64,000 nt of DNA from Carcharhinus amblyrhynchos (Eukaryota). The stretch covers positions 19,964,001-20,028,000 of the forward strand of contig OZ336886.1 in NCBI GenBank assembly GCA_965287045.1, read 5' to 3'. Below are positions 50,860-63,110 of this stretch, piece after piece (position 1 is the stretch's first letter; every line of letters begins with the position of its first letter). Under the pieces are notes generated by a model. The model was not told the DNA's origin and did no database searches. It saw only the letters and a program-made list of their open reading frames with translations. A program made the translations under genes and the position numbers.

Positions 50860-52650
50860 CAATTATTTTCCCTATGACAGATGTTTAAGCTAACTGGCAG
50901 TAGTTTCCTGCTGTCTGGCTCCTTCCACACTTGAATAGAGGAGTCAAATTTGCTATTTTCCAATTCAGTGGGACCTTTCCAGACTCTAGGGGCTTTTGAA
51001 AAGTTAAAACTGCCAATGCACCTACTATCCCAGTAGTTGCTTCCTTTCAGATCCTTGGATGACATTCATAAGGACTGTGCAATTTCTGGGAGTGTCTTTA
51101 AAGGATGCAGCATGGTTCCTACCAAAAGGTAGCCATTAGTTCAAATATTTTTTTTCAGTACCCTTTTCCTGGTGTTTGTAATTGCTTTTAGTTTCTCCCT
51201 CCCTCTCACCCCCTGATTTGCAATTATTTCTGGGCTTCATAATTATTTCTACAGGGAAGAAAGACAAAATATCTGTTCAATTCATTTGCTTTTTTCCTTG
51301 TTTTCCATTCTTAATGCCCTAATATTCACTTTGCCTACTCTTTGCCTTTTCAAGTTTCTGTAGAAATTCTTGCCAACTATTTTTATATTTCCAGCTTGCT
51401 TTCTCTTGTATTCTAATCTTTAGTACCTTTTAGTTATTTGCTTCTTTTTTCATATTCTGTCTCGTAACATGCACCTTATCCTTAAGTAATTGTGATTTTC
51501 TCTCAGTTTGATACTATCTTTAACTTCTTTAGTTAGCCATGAATGATGCATCCTTCCTTTAAAGTCTTCCTTTCTCACTGGAATGCATTTATGCTGACAA
51601 TTCCAAAATAGCTCCTTAAATGTCTGCCCTTGTGGCTGGAATTTTCTGGCTGTTTGCACTCTGCCACAAGTGAGGATGGAGAATTTGGTGTTCGGCCAAA
51701 TCTCCATTCACTGTAGCGGGACCAGAGAACCCCACCATTGTGAATATTTGGAAAATTCTAGCCCGCATCGCTACTTAATCAACCCTTAACCTATTTCCCA
51801 GTTCACTTCAGCTAACTCTGTCTTCATGCCCTCATAATTGCCTCTATTTAGGTTTAAAACACCAGCCTTAGATCCACTCTTCGCTCCCTCAAGCTAAATT
51901 TGAAATTCAATCATATGCTGCCCAGGGACTTCATCACCACAAGATAACTGATTAATCCTGTCTGTCAATAGAATCCAAGCCAGCTGACGAAATCAAAACA
52001 AAGGAACAGAGCTTTTCTTTACTCAGAGAGTTTATTAACTTTGTAAAGTCTCATATCATAGACTCCCTACAGGTCACAAGGTGGCCATTCAGCTCATCAA
52101 GCCTGCACCAACCACAATTCCACCCATGCTCTATTCCCATAACCCAACATATTTACCCTGCTAATCCCCCTGACACTAAGAGACATTTTTTCATCGCCAA
52201 CTCACCTAACCTGCACATCGTTGGGCTGTGGGCGGAAACCAGAGCACCCGGAGGAAACCCAGGCAGAAATGGGAAGAACTTGCAAACTCCACACAAACGA
52301 GACTGAAATTGAACCCGGATCTCTGGCATTGTGAGGCCGCAGCGCTAACCACTGTGCTACCCCTTCCTCTCTCCAGTGTGTCAGCTGTCTCTTATTTACA
52401 TATGATCAAAGTACTTAATTAAACAATGCTCTCTCCGGTGTATCTTCACAATATAGTGAATGTACTATTAACACTGTCTTATCGCATATTGCCAGATCTA
52501 GTACAGCCTGTCCTCTGATTAGCTCGAGAGCGTGCTGTTCTAAGAAATAGTCCCAGGAGCACAATGCCAATCTGATTTGTTCAATTTACATGGCAGATTA
52601 AAATCACCCATGATTATTGATTTTCACAAGCCCCCTTTATTTATTCCTGT
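50860..52650 (-). mobile_element. Decayed CR1 LINE with nested MITE and SINE
   Basis: Minus strand CIPVRKEDFKGRMHHSWLTKEVKDSIKL and RKLLPVSLNICHRENNW remnants. Confidence 0.8.
52055..52362 (-). mobile_element. HE1-type V-SINE
   Basis: Reverse complement of head (gcagcgctaaccactgtgct), V-domain and tail. Confidence 0.9.
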
Positions 52651-55600
52651 ACATGTTGCCATACAATGTGGCTACTGTTGAAGCATTCCTTCCATGTGGC
52701 CTTGCTCCATTTCTCTGTCTCGTTGCAAACCCAGAAGTATTGCAACCACAATTCCAACACCCATTGCTGATTTGGTCTGTACAGGGGACCCAATCCTCTG
52801 TCTTCCCTGAATGAATGCACCAGCTCACCAACGGACTCCCAAAATTGTGCCACAGGACTTCCACAAACTTGGCAATGGTTCAGTCAAAAGCACCTCACTG
52901 TACCTGGATGGTTGATCCTTTAAATAGCAGCAGTGCAACTCATACACAGAACACATACTTGACTGCGAGTGATTAGCAGAGGTGTGCAACTGAACCTGAT
53001 TGGTCAAATAATTGATTGATGCCACTATTTGACCTCTCTGAAGGTTGCAGGACACACAGCTGCCTGCACAAGTGCTTTTTGTAACATGGGCGCAGTGTGG
53101 GTCATGTTGAAAGTGCAGTGCACATCATTTTCCTGACAGCAGAAAGCAGAGGACCTCCTGCTCCGTCGAGGCAAGGAAACCTCGGGGTAGTAGTTTTAGC
53201 TTAGTTTATTTACTAGTGTCACAAGTAGGCTTACAACAACACTGCAATGAAGTTACTGAAAATCCTAATTTTCTGCTGGGGAATCTGGCATTCTAAATGA
53301 AGTCCTGATCCATTTGTTGAGCTGCCATTGTAGTCCTGACCCCTCACTACCATGGATTTTGGGGAGAGTGTATTTTGATATCCTTTGGATTGTTTGGTGT
53401 ATTTAAAGGTGGATTTTTGACCCATACTTTTCTCCTACAATCATATTTTTGAATGTGGTAATTTGATAACCCAAAGACATTTAGAGACTTGAAACACCAG
53501 CTGGTGCCGTATAATTTTTTACTGTCTGTTTCACACCTATACACATATGTCAGGTAGAATCACTCTCTATTTTTACTCAACAACATGAGATTATTTCTAT
53601 TAATATCAAAGATTCCGGATGGCAGAGAAATCTTTTGTTCAAATGCATTTCAGGTGTGGGGTATGAATACCAACCAGCATTTGTTTCAGGTCTCAGTTAA
53701 ACTGGGCAGTACACAACCATTTGAAACAAATTACAATGATTCATATCCTTTCTTCCTCCTCCAAAACCCAAATGCCTCAAAGTATTCAAATTCTGCTAGA
53801 GGAATATTGTATGGCGATCGATTACCCAAGGCTAAGCTTTCCTCACAGCATTCCTGGTAACATACCCTGTCCAGGGTCTTTCTGAAAGGGTGACCCAGCC
53901 AATACTGAGCGACAGGTAGTGGGAAAAACAATATAGCCCCTCGTTCCAGCCTTCAGTTGTTGCATGCTGAATCTCACCAAACGAAAGCTTTATTCAAACA
54001 AAAAACATTGGGAGATTGTTACGTTTACCAGTTCCATGGTTCACTACGTGCCTTTCGGGAGTAAGCACGTCACGGGGTTGCTTGCCTTACTGATTCAATT
54101 TGATGACTGTCTTCAAATTACTTGGTATCGATTAATGGTAGGTGAGGGGATTGGGGAGTGTGGAGGGGAAAGGAGAAGGATTAGTTTGAAATAACCCTTT
54201 GCTATTTTGTCAGCGGTGTATTCCTCCTAGTAGTTGATTTGCTCGATTCCACAATACGCGGGTTTAGGACGTACATTTGCTGATTTGAAATAAGCTGGAC
54301 TGCCCCTTCAACTCAAAACGCCAGTGGATTTTTGACAGTTTCCAGACAACAGCAATTATGTTCTGACTAACTTCAACAAGGAGTGCATTTGAGATTATTG
54401 AGATCTTTCCAATCATCACTCCTCACCCGCAGGCAGTTCAGATATTTTTATTGCTGCTATTTGTTGTTGACCCTTATTGAAATGTCAGATAAATAAGAGG
54501 TTTGTGTAAAACTCCACAGGCTGAGCACGATAGTCTAATCAATACCACATGATGACACAACTAGCAAATACTAATAAATTCATTCGTTACTATCAGCAAA
54601 CAATTTGCAGTTATTTTTATAACAGATCATGTTGAACAAACGATCTTTTAACAGCTCAATCTAACAACTCCCTGCAGTTAATTTGTAATTTGGTTCACAG
54701 TCCTTTCAAAACACGCTGCCCTTTTATATTTGTTTTATTTTAATGAGATGAGTTTATTTTGGGATGTGGACATTTAGTTGGGATTAGGAAATTCTGGGGG
54801 TGGCTGCTGGTGGGAGGTCGTAAGGCTGGGGGACTGGGGGAAATTGTTGGGGGGAATTGAAGAGATAATCGGAGTGCAAATGGACAGTTGTTGCAATCTT
54901 CATTTTCCAACTACAAAGTTTTGAAATGAAGTAAAATCTAAAGAAACCTGTTAATTACTGAGGCAGAAGGTATTGTTCACGGAAACACAAGCTACAAATT
55001 AACTTAAAGATCCCATTTAAAGTGACAGCAGATGAATTATATTACAGGACTGACCAATCAAAGATCCCAGGACAATTCAGAGCGGAGGATTGAAGTTTAG
55101 AGCAGATAACATTAAATAAATGGAGGAAGACCAAATAAATGTAACATAAGGAAGGAAGAAAACTACTCCTGATCTTGCTTCCCAGGTTTGAACACAGGTT
55201 ATGAAAATCTTTATCTTTGAACAAATTTTTGGTCATCTGTTCCAATATTGCCTTATGTGGTTCAGTGACAAATTTGTTTGCTAATGCTCTTTGGGACGTT
55301 ACATTACATTAAAGGTGCTGTAAAACCATGTTATTGTTGTATTACAGTCAGAAAGCCATGTTATTATTGTATTACAATAAGAATCCCATCCATAGAGTTA
55401 TATTAACATGTGTGCTCACTAAGATGCGGGTTGGCGGGCCTAGTCTTTGCATTAAGCACGTGCAGATGAATAAAAGCATAGCATTGCTCCAACAAGCTGA
55501 CACTGCAACAACATGGGCGTGCTTTTACAGGGTTGTTTAGCCGCAGGCACATAGCCACAATTTGGAATGTGAACTTCCCAGGCCCTCCCCGTTGACGTGA

Positions 55601-55694
55601 TCAGGTTAATACCTAGGAAGGGCCATAGCCCAATTTGAATGAATCCGAACGCATTTTAATATCATGGTTCCCCCCCATGCCACCACTATAGTTG

Positions 55695-56245
55695 GCAACC
55701 AACACCTCTATTTTCCCAGAAGAATAAGGAAATTTGGATGCCAGCTATGACTCTCACCAACTTTTACGGATGCACCATAGAAAACATTCTTTCTGGTTGT
55801 CTCACAGCTTGGTATGGCTCCTGCTTTGCCCAAGACCACAAGGGACTACAAAAGGTGGTGACTGTAGCTCAATTCATCTCGCAAACTAGCCTCCCATCCA
55901 TTGATTCAGTCTACACTTCCCATTGCCTTGGCTAAACAGCCAGCATAATTAAGGACATTCTCTCTCCCACCTTCTTCCAACGGGAAAAAGATGCAAAAGT
56001 CTGAGGTCATGTACCAACTGACTCAAGAACGGCTTCTTCCCTGCTACTGTCAGACTTTTGAATGGACCTACCTTGCATTAAGTTGATCTTTCTCTACACC
56101 CTAGCTATGACTGTAACACTACATTCTGCACTCCCTTGTTTCCTTCTCTATGAACAGTATGTTTTGTCTGTATAGTGTTCAAGAAACAATACTTTTCACT
56201 GTGTGTTAATACGTGTGACAATAATAAATCAAATCAAATCAAAAT
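55695..56245 (+). mobile_element. Rex1/Babar-type LINE 3' end
   Basis: TLTNFYGCTIENILSGCLTAWYGSC..QDHKGLQKVV..AQFI..LPSIDSVYT..C and KNGFFP remnants, tail aataaatcaaatcaaatcaaa. Confidence 0.8.
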
Positions 56246-56989
56246 CATTAATGAGGTCAAAATGAAATTTTCAGATCTCACTGAATCTTCTCACCCACCA
56301 GCGTGATGTCACAAGGCTGAGTAACAGTGCCCTCTAACACTCCTGAGAGTATACTCATCAAACTAATTCACTATTGTAATTAAACCTCAACAATGCCAGT
56401 GGCCACATTGTCAAAGCCAAGGAGAGGGGTGAAAACTCAGATTTCACGGATTAAAGAGTGGGTGCAGCGGATTGAGAGGAAACGTGTATGCAAAAAACTA
56501 GAGCCCAGCACCTGCCAAAGAGGATCCAATTTATCTGACATGCTCAATGTTTATATCGGTGCCCAGTTGGCCCTGCACATGAAGAATGGGGGACCATTGA
56601 AATGATCTGTAAGAACTCCCTGAGATGTGGATATTAAAGGAGGGAACAGCCTGATGAGGAGGTCACAGGTGACTCTGAAGGGGTGAGGGCAGTGATCGGG
56701 GTGTTGGAATGGTGGCTTCCAGGACTAGGAGGACAAGAAGTGTTAGGAAGGTCTGAAGATGACCGGCTGGAACACCAACCTGGCCGTGTCTCTCTCTGTC
56801 GCTCATCCCTTGCAAAGTTCCAAGAGATCTCGGGATGGAGACAGAGCAGCTGGCGATTCTACTAATAACTGCACTGAAGGAGCATCGAATCCAACAGCTA
56901 TGGGAGGCTGCACCTAGGGAGAGAGCCCAGTGCCAAAAGGCCGCAAGTCAGGCTCATGGATCAGCTACAGCTCAAGCCAAACTGATGGC

Positions 56990-57800
56990 TTGAAGGCAGA
57001 GACGTAGGAGATTCAGGGTGTACGGGACCCGGATGTCCTTTGTGGAGCTGTCGGATAACACGTGCTGCTGCAGACTCTGCCTCACAAGGGAGACAGTGTG
57101 CCACATTGAGGAGGAGGGCACCGACTCCCTGTACTCGTGAAGGTAACGGCAGCCCTTTATTTCTACAGCATGGGATTTCAGGGCTCAACAGGTGACCTTT
57201 GTGGAATCTCAGAGTCATCTGCACACAAATGAATCCATGACATTATGTACGCATTCTATGCCAGGTCCTCAGACTACATCAACTTCAACCTGGACCAGGC
57301 CCATCAGGATGAGAGGGCTGCAGGATTGTTTCCATTGGTGATCTGGCACTGGTCTTTAACACTGTGGCTATTCATGCCCCGTGGCATCAGGGAATCTTGC
57401 ATATTAACAGTAAGGGGTTCCACTCCCTTTATGTGTAGCTGGTGTGTGATCACCAGATGAAGATCATGCACGTGTGAGCACGCTTTCCGGGAAGCCTGCG
57501 TGATAGCTTCATCCTTGGGCAGTCTCAAATCCCCGCTATATTCAAGGGTCACCCCAGGCTGCAGGGATGGCTCACTGGGGACAAGGGATACCTGCTGGGG
57601 TCTTGGCTGTTGATGCCAAGCCAGAGTCCTGAGACTGGAGCAGAGTCTGGTTACAACGAGCTCACAGTGCCACCCGGAGTGTGATTGAATGCCGCATCAA
57701 AAATGTGTTTCTGCTGCCTCTACAGGTTTGGTGGAGCATTACAATTACAGTCTCCAGAGGGTGTCCCACATCCCTGAGTAACGCTGCCAATTTGGCCATG
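56990..57800 (+). pseudogene. Decayed Harbinger (HARBI1-like DDE) transposase
   Basis: Across frameshifts: RVYGTRMSFVELSD, GDLCGISESSAH, INSKGFHSLYV*LVCDH, ARFPGSLRDSFIL, WLTGDKGY, ATRSVIE. Contains stops and frameshifts. Confidence 0.85.
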
Positions 57801-58525
57801 AACGTGGATTATTTTCACATATGTTCACCAGGACCAGGCATAAACTCATTTCATGTGTCATCAGACAACAGTGGTTTGGGCTGGATTCAAACTCGGACCT
57901 GAAGATGAAGGCCCAAAGATGGACCCCCTGAGTGACCCAGCTCCCACACTGTCTAACACACACACTACTGAGTCAGGCCTCAGACCAGCCATGCCACGAT
58001 AAAAAAATTGACAATTAAATATCTTGGCGATATAAACAATCCCATGTAATAAAAATGGAATGTAACTTGTTCAAGTTACTGGACAGCAAGCCTAACTATC
58101 GATAAACTCCATGTGATACAGTGAATTGTTCCTAAATTCTGCGATGATTTGTATACATACTTCCTGACTGAATACAAAAAAAGGCACATTTTGATGTCTG
58201 CCACGATTAACTGTCTCATTTCCTAATCCGTCTGAATGCACTTCCTGCTTTATTCACAGCCCGCATTTGCAGCTGGCATGTTGCTGCTCCAAACAGATTG
58301 CTGCTATTGGATGCCATCTAGTGTAAGGGTCTGGTAATATTATACAGTTCAGTTTGTAAAGTAAATATCATTTCTCGAAAATTAGCACAGAGGGGGGAAA
58401 TTTTCCAGCTCCACCCGCTGGCGGGATCTTCCAGTCCTGCTGAGGTCAATGAGGATTTAAATGGATTGGCACATCTGCCACAGGAAATCCCAGAAAGTCT
58501 CAGTGGGAGTGGGGGCGGCGGGGGC

Positions 58526-58550
58526 GTGTGTGTGTGTGTGTGTGTGAGTG
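58526..58550. repeat. (GT)n microsatellite
   Basis: gtgtgtgtgtgtgtgtgtgtgagtg. Confidence 0.9.
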
Positions 58551-59607
58551 AAGAATTAGTGTGAACATTCACTGCCCGAGATTATTTGCACAATTATTCA
58601 CTTTGTTTTCTGCACTGTTATAAACATTCCATCCTACAAATGCCAATACATCAATCACAATGTCCAGATAACAAGTGGCAGGGGAGACATTGTATACAGA
58701 ATTTTGCTGGCTACTTTCAGGCCAAACCAATTTCGTGACAGTGGCACTAACAGACTCATTAGACCCATGATCCATATATACAGAAGGCCTGCTATTCGTA
58801 AAAGATGCATTGGCCTGCACCCATGTTGATTCCTACACCAATATTGTTGACAGGGCCCCTCTTGTTCAAAACATGCTTGCACATCACCCACCATACAGAG
58901 CACTTTGGCACCCAAGTTTACCTCTAAAGAGTCACTGAATTTCAAGGCCTGAACATTTTCACCTTTTTATAGCCCACGTATGCCATGTTTGATTATTTTA
59001 GAATTGTTTTCTCACCTGAACAGCAACTGATGCTGTGGGTTTGTATAAATTACAGCCAGGAATAAAATGAACAAGGGGATATGGTGACGCCCTCCCAAAA
59101 GTTATCACACAAACTGGGAGTAGGTCCACACTAGTTTCTGTAGGACTCCAAGTTTGCACTCAGCATCCTGCAACGAAGTGTCATATAGAAGTCACTCTAC
59201 TGATGGGTGACGTCTCAATGTGCCTGAATTGTTATTGTATTATTTTAACCGTAACTCAGTGGTCATTGTAGACAAACAGTCTTATTGTTCAGACTGGTTT
59301 TCTTCTTGTGTGTGTATCTTCAGGCAGAAAGCATTTAACTCAGCAGCTGTTCTGGATTTTAGAGAGACATTCTTTGTAAATCTAATTTTAGCAAGCGCAA
59401 AACAATTTTAAACAAAACAGTCAGTATCCCATCAAGTTTAATAGCTGAGAAAAGATGACTGTGCTTCATGAAACTCAAATATCAGTGAAACTTCAAGCTG
59501 TTTATCAGACCCCTCTGTAACTGGAGATGGAAGTTAAAATTTATCCTGATCTTGCTGGAGATGGGATAGAATAATCTTTAGCCCTGCCCCCAAGAGCAGT
59601 GGTTCTC

Positions 59608-60178
59608 CATAAGATATTGGAGCAGAATTAGGCCATTTGGCCCATCGAGTCTGCTCCACCATTCGCTCATGGCTGATATATTTTTCAACCTCATTCTCCT
59701 GCTTTTTCCCGGTAACCTTTGCTCCCTTTACCAATCAAGAACCTATCTATCTCTGTCTTAAACATACTCAATGACCTGATTGTCACAGCCAAAATAAATT
59801 TCACAAATGAATCACCCTCTGGCTGAAGGAATTCCTCCTCATCTCAGTTCTAAATGGACGTCCCTTCACTCTGACACTAGTCTCTCCTACTAATGGAAAC
59901 ATCTTCTCCATGTCCACTCTATTCAAGCCTTTCAGTATTCTGTAGGTTTCAGTGAGCTTCCCCCCTCATCCTTCTAAACTCCATGGAATACAGACCTACA
60001 GTCCTCAAACACTCCTCATACGTCAAGCCTTTCATTCCTGGGTCATTCTCGTGAACCTCCTCTGGACCCTGTCCAAGGCCAGCACATCCTTCTTTGGATA
60101 CAAGGTCCAAATTTCCTCACAATATTCCAAATGTGGTTTGACCAGAGTTTCATAAAGCCTCAGCAATACACCCTTTTC
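59608..60178 (-). mobile_element. CR1 LINE 3' end
   Basis: LRLYETLVKPHLEYCEEIWTLYPKKDVLALDRVQRRFTRM plus 3' UTR cataagatattggagcagaattaggcc. Confidence 0.9.
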
Positions 60179-60209
60179 GTAGATTAAATAAGGAAAAGCT
60201 TCATGTTTT

Positions 60210-60780
60210 AGAAAAAAAACAGAGAAAATTACAGCACAGGAACAGGCCCTTCGGCCCTCCAAGCCTGCACTGACCATGCTGGCCGGCTGAACTAAAACCC
60301 CCTACCCTCTAGGGGACCATATCCCTCTATTCCCATCCTATTCATGTATTTGTCAAGACGCCCCTTAAAAGTCACTACTGTATCCACTTGCACTACCTTC
60401 CCCAGCAATGAGTTCCAGGCGCTCACTACTCTGTGTAAAAAATCTGCCTTGTACATCTCCTTTAAACCTTGCCCCTCACACCTTAAACCTGTGCCCCCTA
60501 GTAATTGACTCTTCCACCCTGGGAAAAAGCTTCTGATTATCCACTCTGTCCATGCCTCTCATAATCTTGTAGGCTTCTATCAGAGTCTCCCCTCAACCTC
60601 CGTCATCCCAGTGAGAACAAACTAAGTTTTTCTGACCTCTCATTAATAAGTCCACTTATTTCCAAGTATGAATAAATCCTGTCCCAAAGAATCATCTCCA
60701 ATAATTTCCCTACCACTGATGTAAGGCCCACCAGCCTGTAATTACCTGCATTATTCTTGCTACCCTTCTAAAACAAAGAT
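60210..60780 (-). mobile_element. Second CR1 subfamily 3' end with internal deletion
   Basis: acagcacaggaacaggcccttcggccc 3' UTR, RGHRFKV-like and RGDSDRSLQDYERHG remnants. Confidence 0.85.
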
Positions 60781-60904
60781 TTTCGTTGTCTTGCTGCAAG
60801 TACGGACATTTGAACTTTTTGTAACGTTTAGCATCCTTGAATCACAATGAGAGCATGATCTTTGGCCTTGTGTATTACATTGACTTCAGCAAGCTCCTTC
60901 TTAC

Positions 60905-60992
60905 CGTAAAATGTTCTTGTGATTTGTAATTTTCATCCAAGTATACTCGTGCTCGGTTATATTCTTTCATTTCATCACTCGATAGCAATTCT
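60905..60992 (-). CDS. INPP5A: Internal coding exon of type I inositol polyphosphate 5-phosphatase (equivalent to human exon 4)
   Basis: Minus strand reads ttccttcctttattacag|A GAA TTG CTA...CAT TTT ACG|gtaag, 88 bp, phase 2 to phase 0. Translation ELLSSDEMKEYNRARVYLDENYKSQEHFT matches recalled human INPP5A ELLSSDAMKEYNRARVYLDENYKSQEHFT at all but one residue. Confidence 0.96.
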
Positions 60993-61315
60993 CTGTAATA
61001 AAGGAAGGAAAATTCAAATATTTCTCAGCTGATTTCTTATGTAGGTAATAGTTTTTAAGCCTGATTTTCAAACCTTTGAACTGTTAAGTGATGCAATGGT
61101 CTTCAATGTTTTACTCCTGATCCTCACGATTAAATACAACCTCATCAAATGGAACAGATTGCTGGGAGGTAGCTTGCAGGCAATAACCTAAGTTCAAACC
61201 TTCCCAAAATTTTGCATGAACTGGCAGCCTCACTTAGATAGTTGATATGGAAAATGCAGCAAAGTTACAGTGGTGCACAGGGACTGTCCTGCGCTTGAAG
61301 ATAAGGCACATTAAT

Positions 61316-61447
61316 TGTGGAAGAAATGGTTCGCGCTGCTGCCTCACAATATCAGGGACCTGGGTTCAATTCCAGCCTTGGGTGACTGTCTAAGTGGGGT
61401 TTGCACGTTCTCCCTGTCTCTGTGTGGGTTTCCTCCGGGTGCATCTT
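61316..61447 (+). mobile_element. V-SINE 5' half
   Basis: ctgctgcctcacaatatcagggacctgggttcaattcc...gtgggtttcctccgggtgc. Confidence 0.85.
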
Positions 61448-61794
61448 TACAAATGCATATAGACAATGGGACTTCTGCTCAACTTAAGTTTCAGCAACAC
61501 AGGGTTACCACAGGATTGAGACTGTCCACAAATGCTCTCCCTCATATGACTCCAAATTAGCTCAGCACGTAGGCACCTTTCAAACAGGAAAAGCCCGTTC
61601 AGTCCAACAAGCACATCCTTCTTCCAGAAATCAACCCCAGCTAACTCCTTTATCATCATACTCCTCGATCTCTATCTCTGCAGAAACGGATCTAATTATC
61701 TGGAGGGACCCAGTCAGCCCAGTGACCTTCCCCTAATCCCCCAATGCTCTGTCATACAGGCTTTTGGGTGAAAATATTTAGCATGAATTCCTTT

Positions 61795-62087
61795 TGTCGA
61801 TCCAGCAGAAGGCACTCTTCTGTTGTCGGCAAAAAAAGAAACAAAACTTAATCCAACTTGTAAATCAAAGAAAAAAGGTTTAATAAAGAAACATCATTAC
61901 TCCAACACCTGAGGCCTCTTCCTGGGCTGTTCCAAGTCCCCACAAACCCCAGCAGCTTCTGATTTATGCTGAGTCAGCTCATCATTTTGTCATTGGTTAT
62001 GTTGTTTACTGGGTCAGCTGAACCTTACAGCATGTTACCATTGGTCATTAGAACCGAAATAACGTTATCGCTTGTTACATTTTAACA
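61795..62087 (-). mobile_element. Probable retroviral-type 3' LTR with adjacent polypurine tract
   Basis: Minus strand: ggaaaagagatgg|TGTTAAAA, two CCAAT boxes, TGACTCA, cataaa TATA-like, ATTAAA, ending ...tcgaCA. Confidence 0.45.
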
Positions 62088-62919
62088 CCATCTCTTTTCC
62101 TAACTTTATTATTTTTATTCGTGTTTCTAGCTATTTGAGCCTTGGTGTGAAGTTTGTTTAAATCAAACACTGTGAACAGAAAATGTTATTAGCGCCATAA
62201 TCTTACAAGCTTCAATAATCACATCTTCAGAATTTCATTATTTCTAAGGAAAACAAGGAACAACAGGGAAAGGTCTGATCACTTTAAGTGGCCATTAGGC
62301 TAGGTAGATACAGCATTGAAATGAATCAAATGATCTGAAAAGTGTTTAAACTGAATACCTTCATAACTTGAATGATCTTACATGTGGATTATTTTATAAT
62401 AAAAGTCAAAGAGTTTGAAACCTGAACTGTTTGATAATCTAGGTGGATTATGTTAACCTCAGTTGGTTTGAGGCAGCTTCTGCATCTTACAAGGCTTGTC
62501 AAGCTTACTTGACTTAGTTTGACAGTCACAATGCAGCAGAAATTCTCCCATTTTATATGGAGGGATAGTTCCATTGATACCACAGTTAATATAAACATGG
62601 CCATGTAAGCTTGCGCATGCAGAGTTGTTTTTAACTCTTGATTATTTTCTGGCTGTCCCACCATTTTCAAGGGGGTCTGGAGCAAAAGACCTGCTGAGGA
62701 CCGAACCGAGTTTCCTTTGCTAACTGACCTGCAAGTGTGGGCTGCACTCACTGGTACCAATGTCGTGAAGCAACAATGCTTAGGCAGCTGGAGGTTGAGG
62801 GAGTGGCTGTTGTCACTGCTGTCACTTGAGGCCTGAAGCCAGTTTCCTCAAATGGATCTCAGTCTCATCAGGGACAAGCTTTACTTAGGTGCCCTCCATA
62901 GCTGAAAAGCCTTGGTACA

Positions 62920-63110
62920 CCAAGGGGCAATTTGTTCTTATCATGGTCAATCCACCTAACCTGTACATCTATGGATTGCACAAGGAAACTGGAACACCCG
63001 CAGGAAACCCACATGGGAGAATGTGCAAACACCACACAGACAGTCACCCAAGGCCGAAACTGAACCCATGTTTGTGGCGCTGAGGCAGCAGTGCTAACCA
63101 TTCCGCTACC
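62920..63110 (-). mobile_element. V-SINE 5' two-thirds
   Basis: gaggcagcagtgctaacca head and ggagaatgtgcaaac V-domain reverse complement. Confidence 0.88.

Larger units (their letters stand above)
1..60904 (-). other. INPP5A: Very large intron of INPP5A downstream of the recognised exon
   Basis: Starts at the gtaag donor at 60904. The next expected exon (ALGSFYFLHESLKNIYQFDFK) was not found by eye in 1-60904. Confidence 0.7.

Noticed and set aside
55325-55380. Short tandem duplications (also near 21220, 37165, 49435)
   Set aside because: Ordinary replication-slippage duplications with no sign of function.
56990-57800. Domesticated HARBI1 gene
   Set aside because: Multiple stops and frameshifts indicate a transposon fossil.
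58569-58945. Overlapping minus ORFs, one looking membrane-like
   Set aside because: No splice signals or family resemblance. Hydrophobic ORFs are expected from T-rich DNA.
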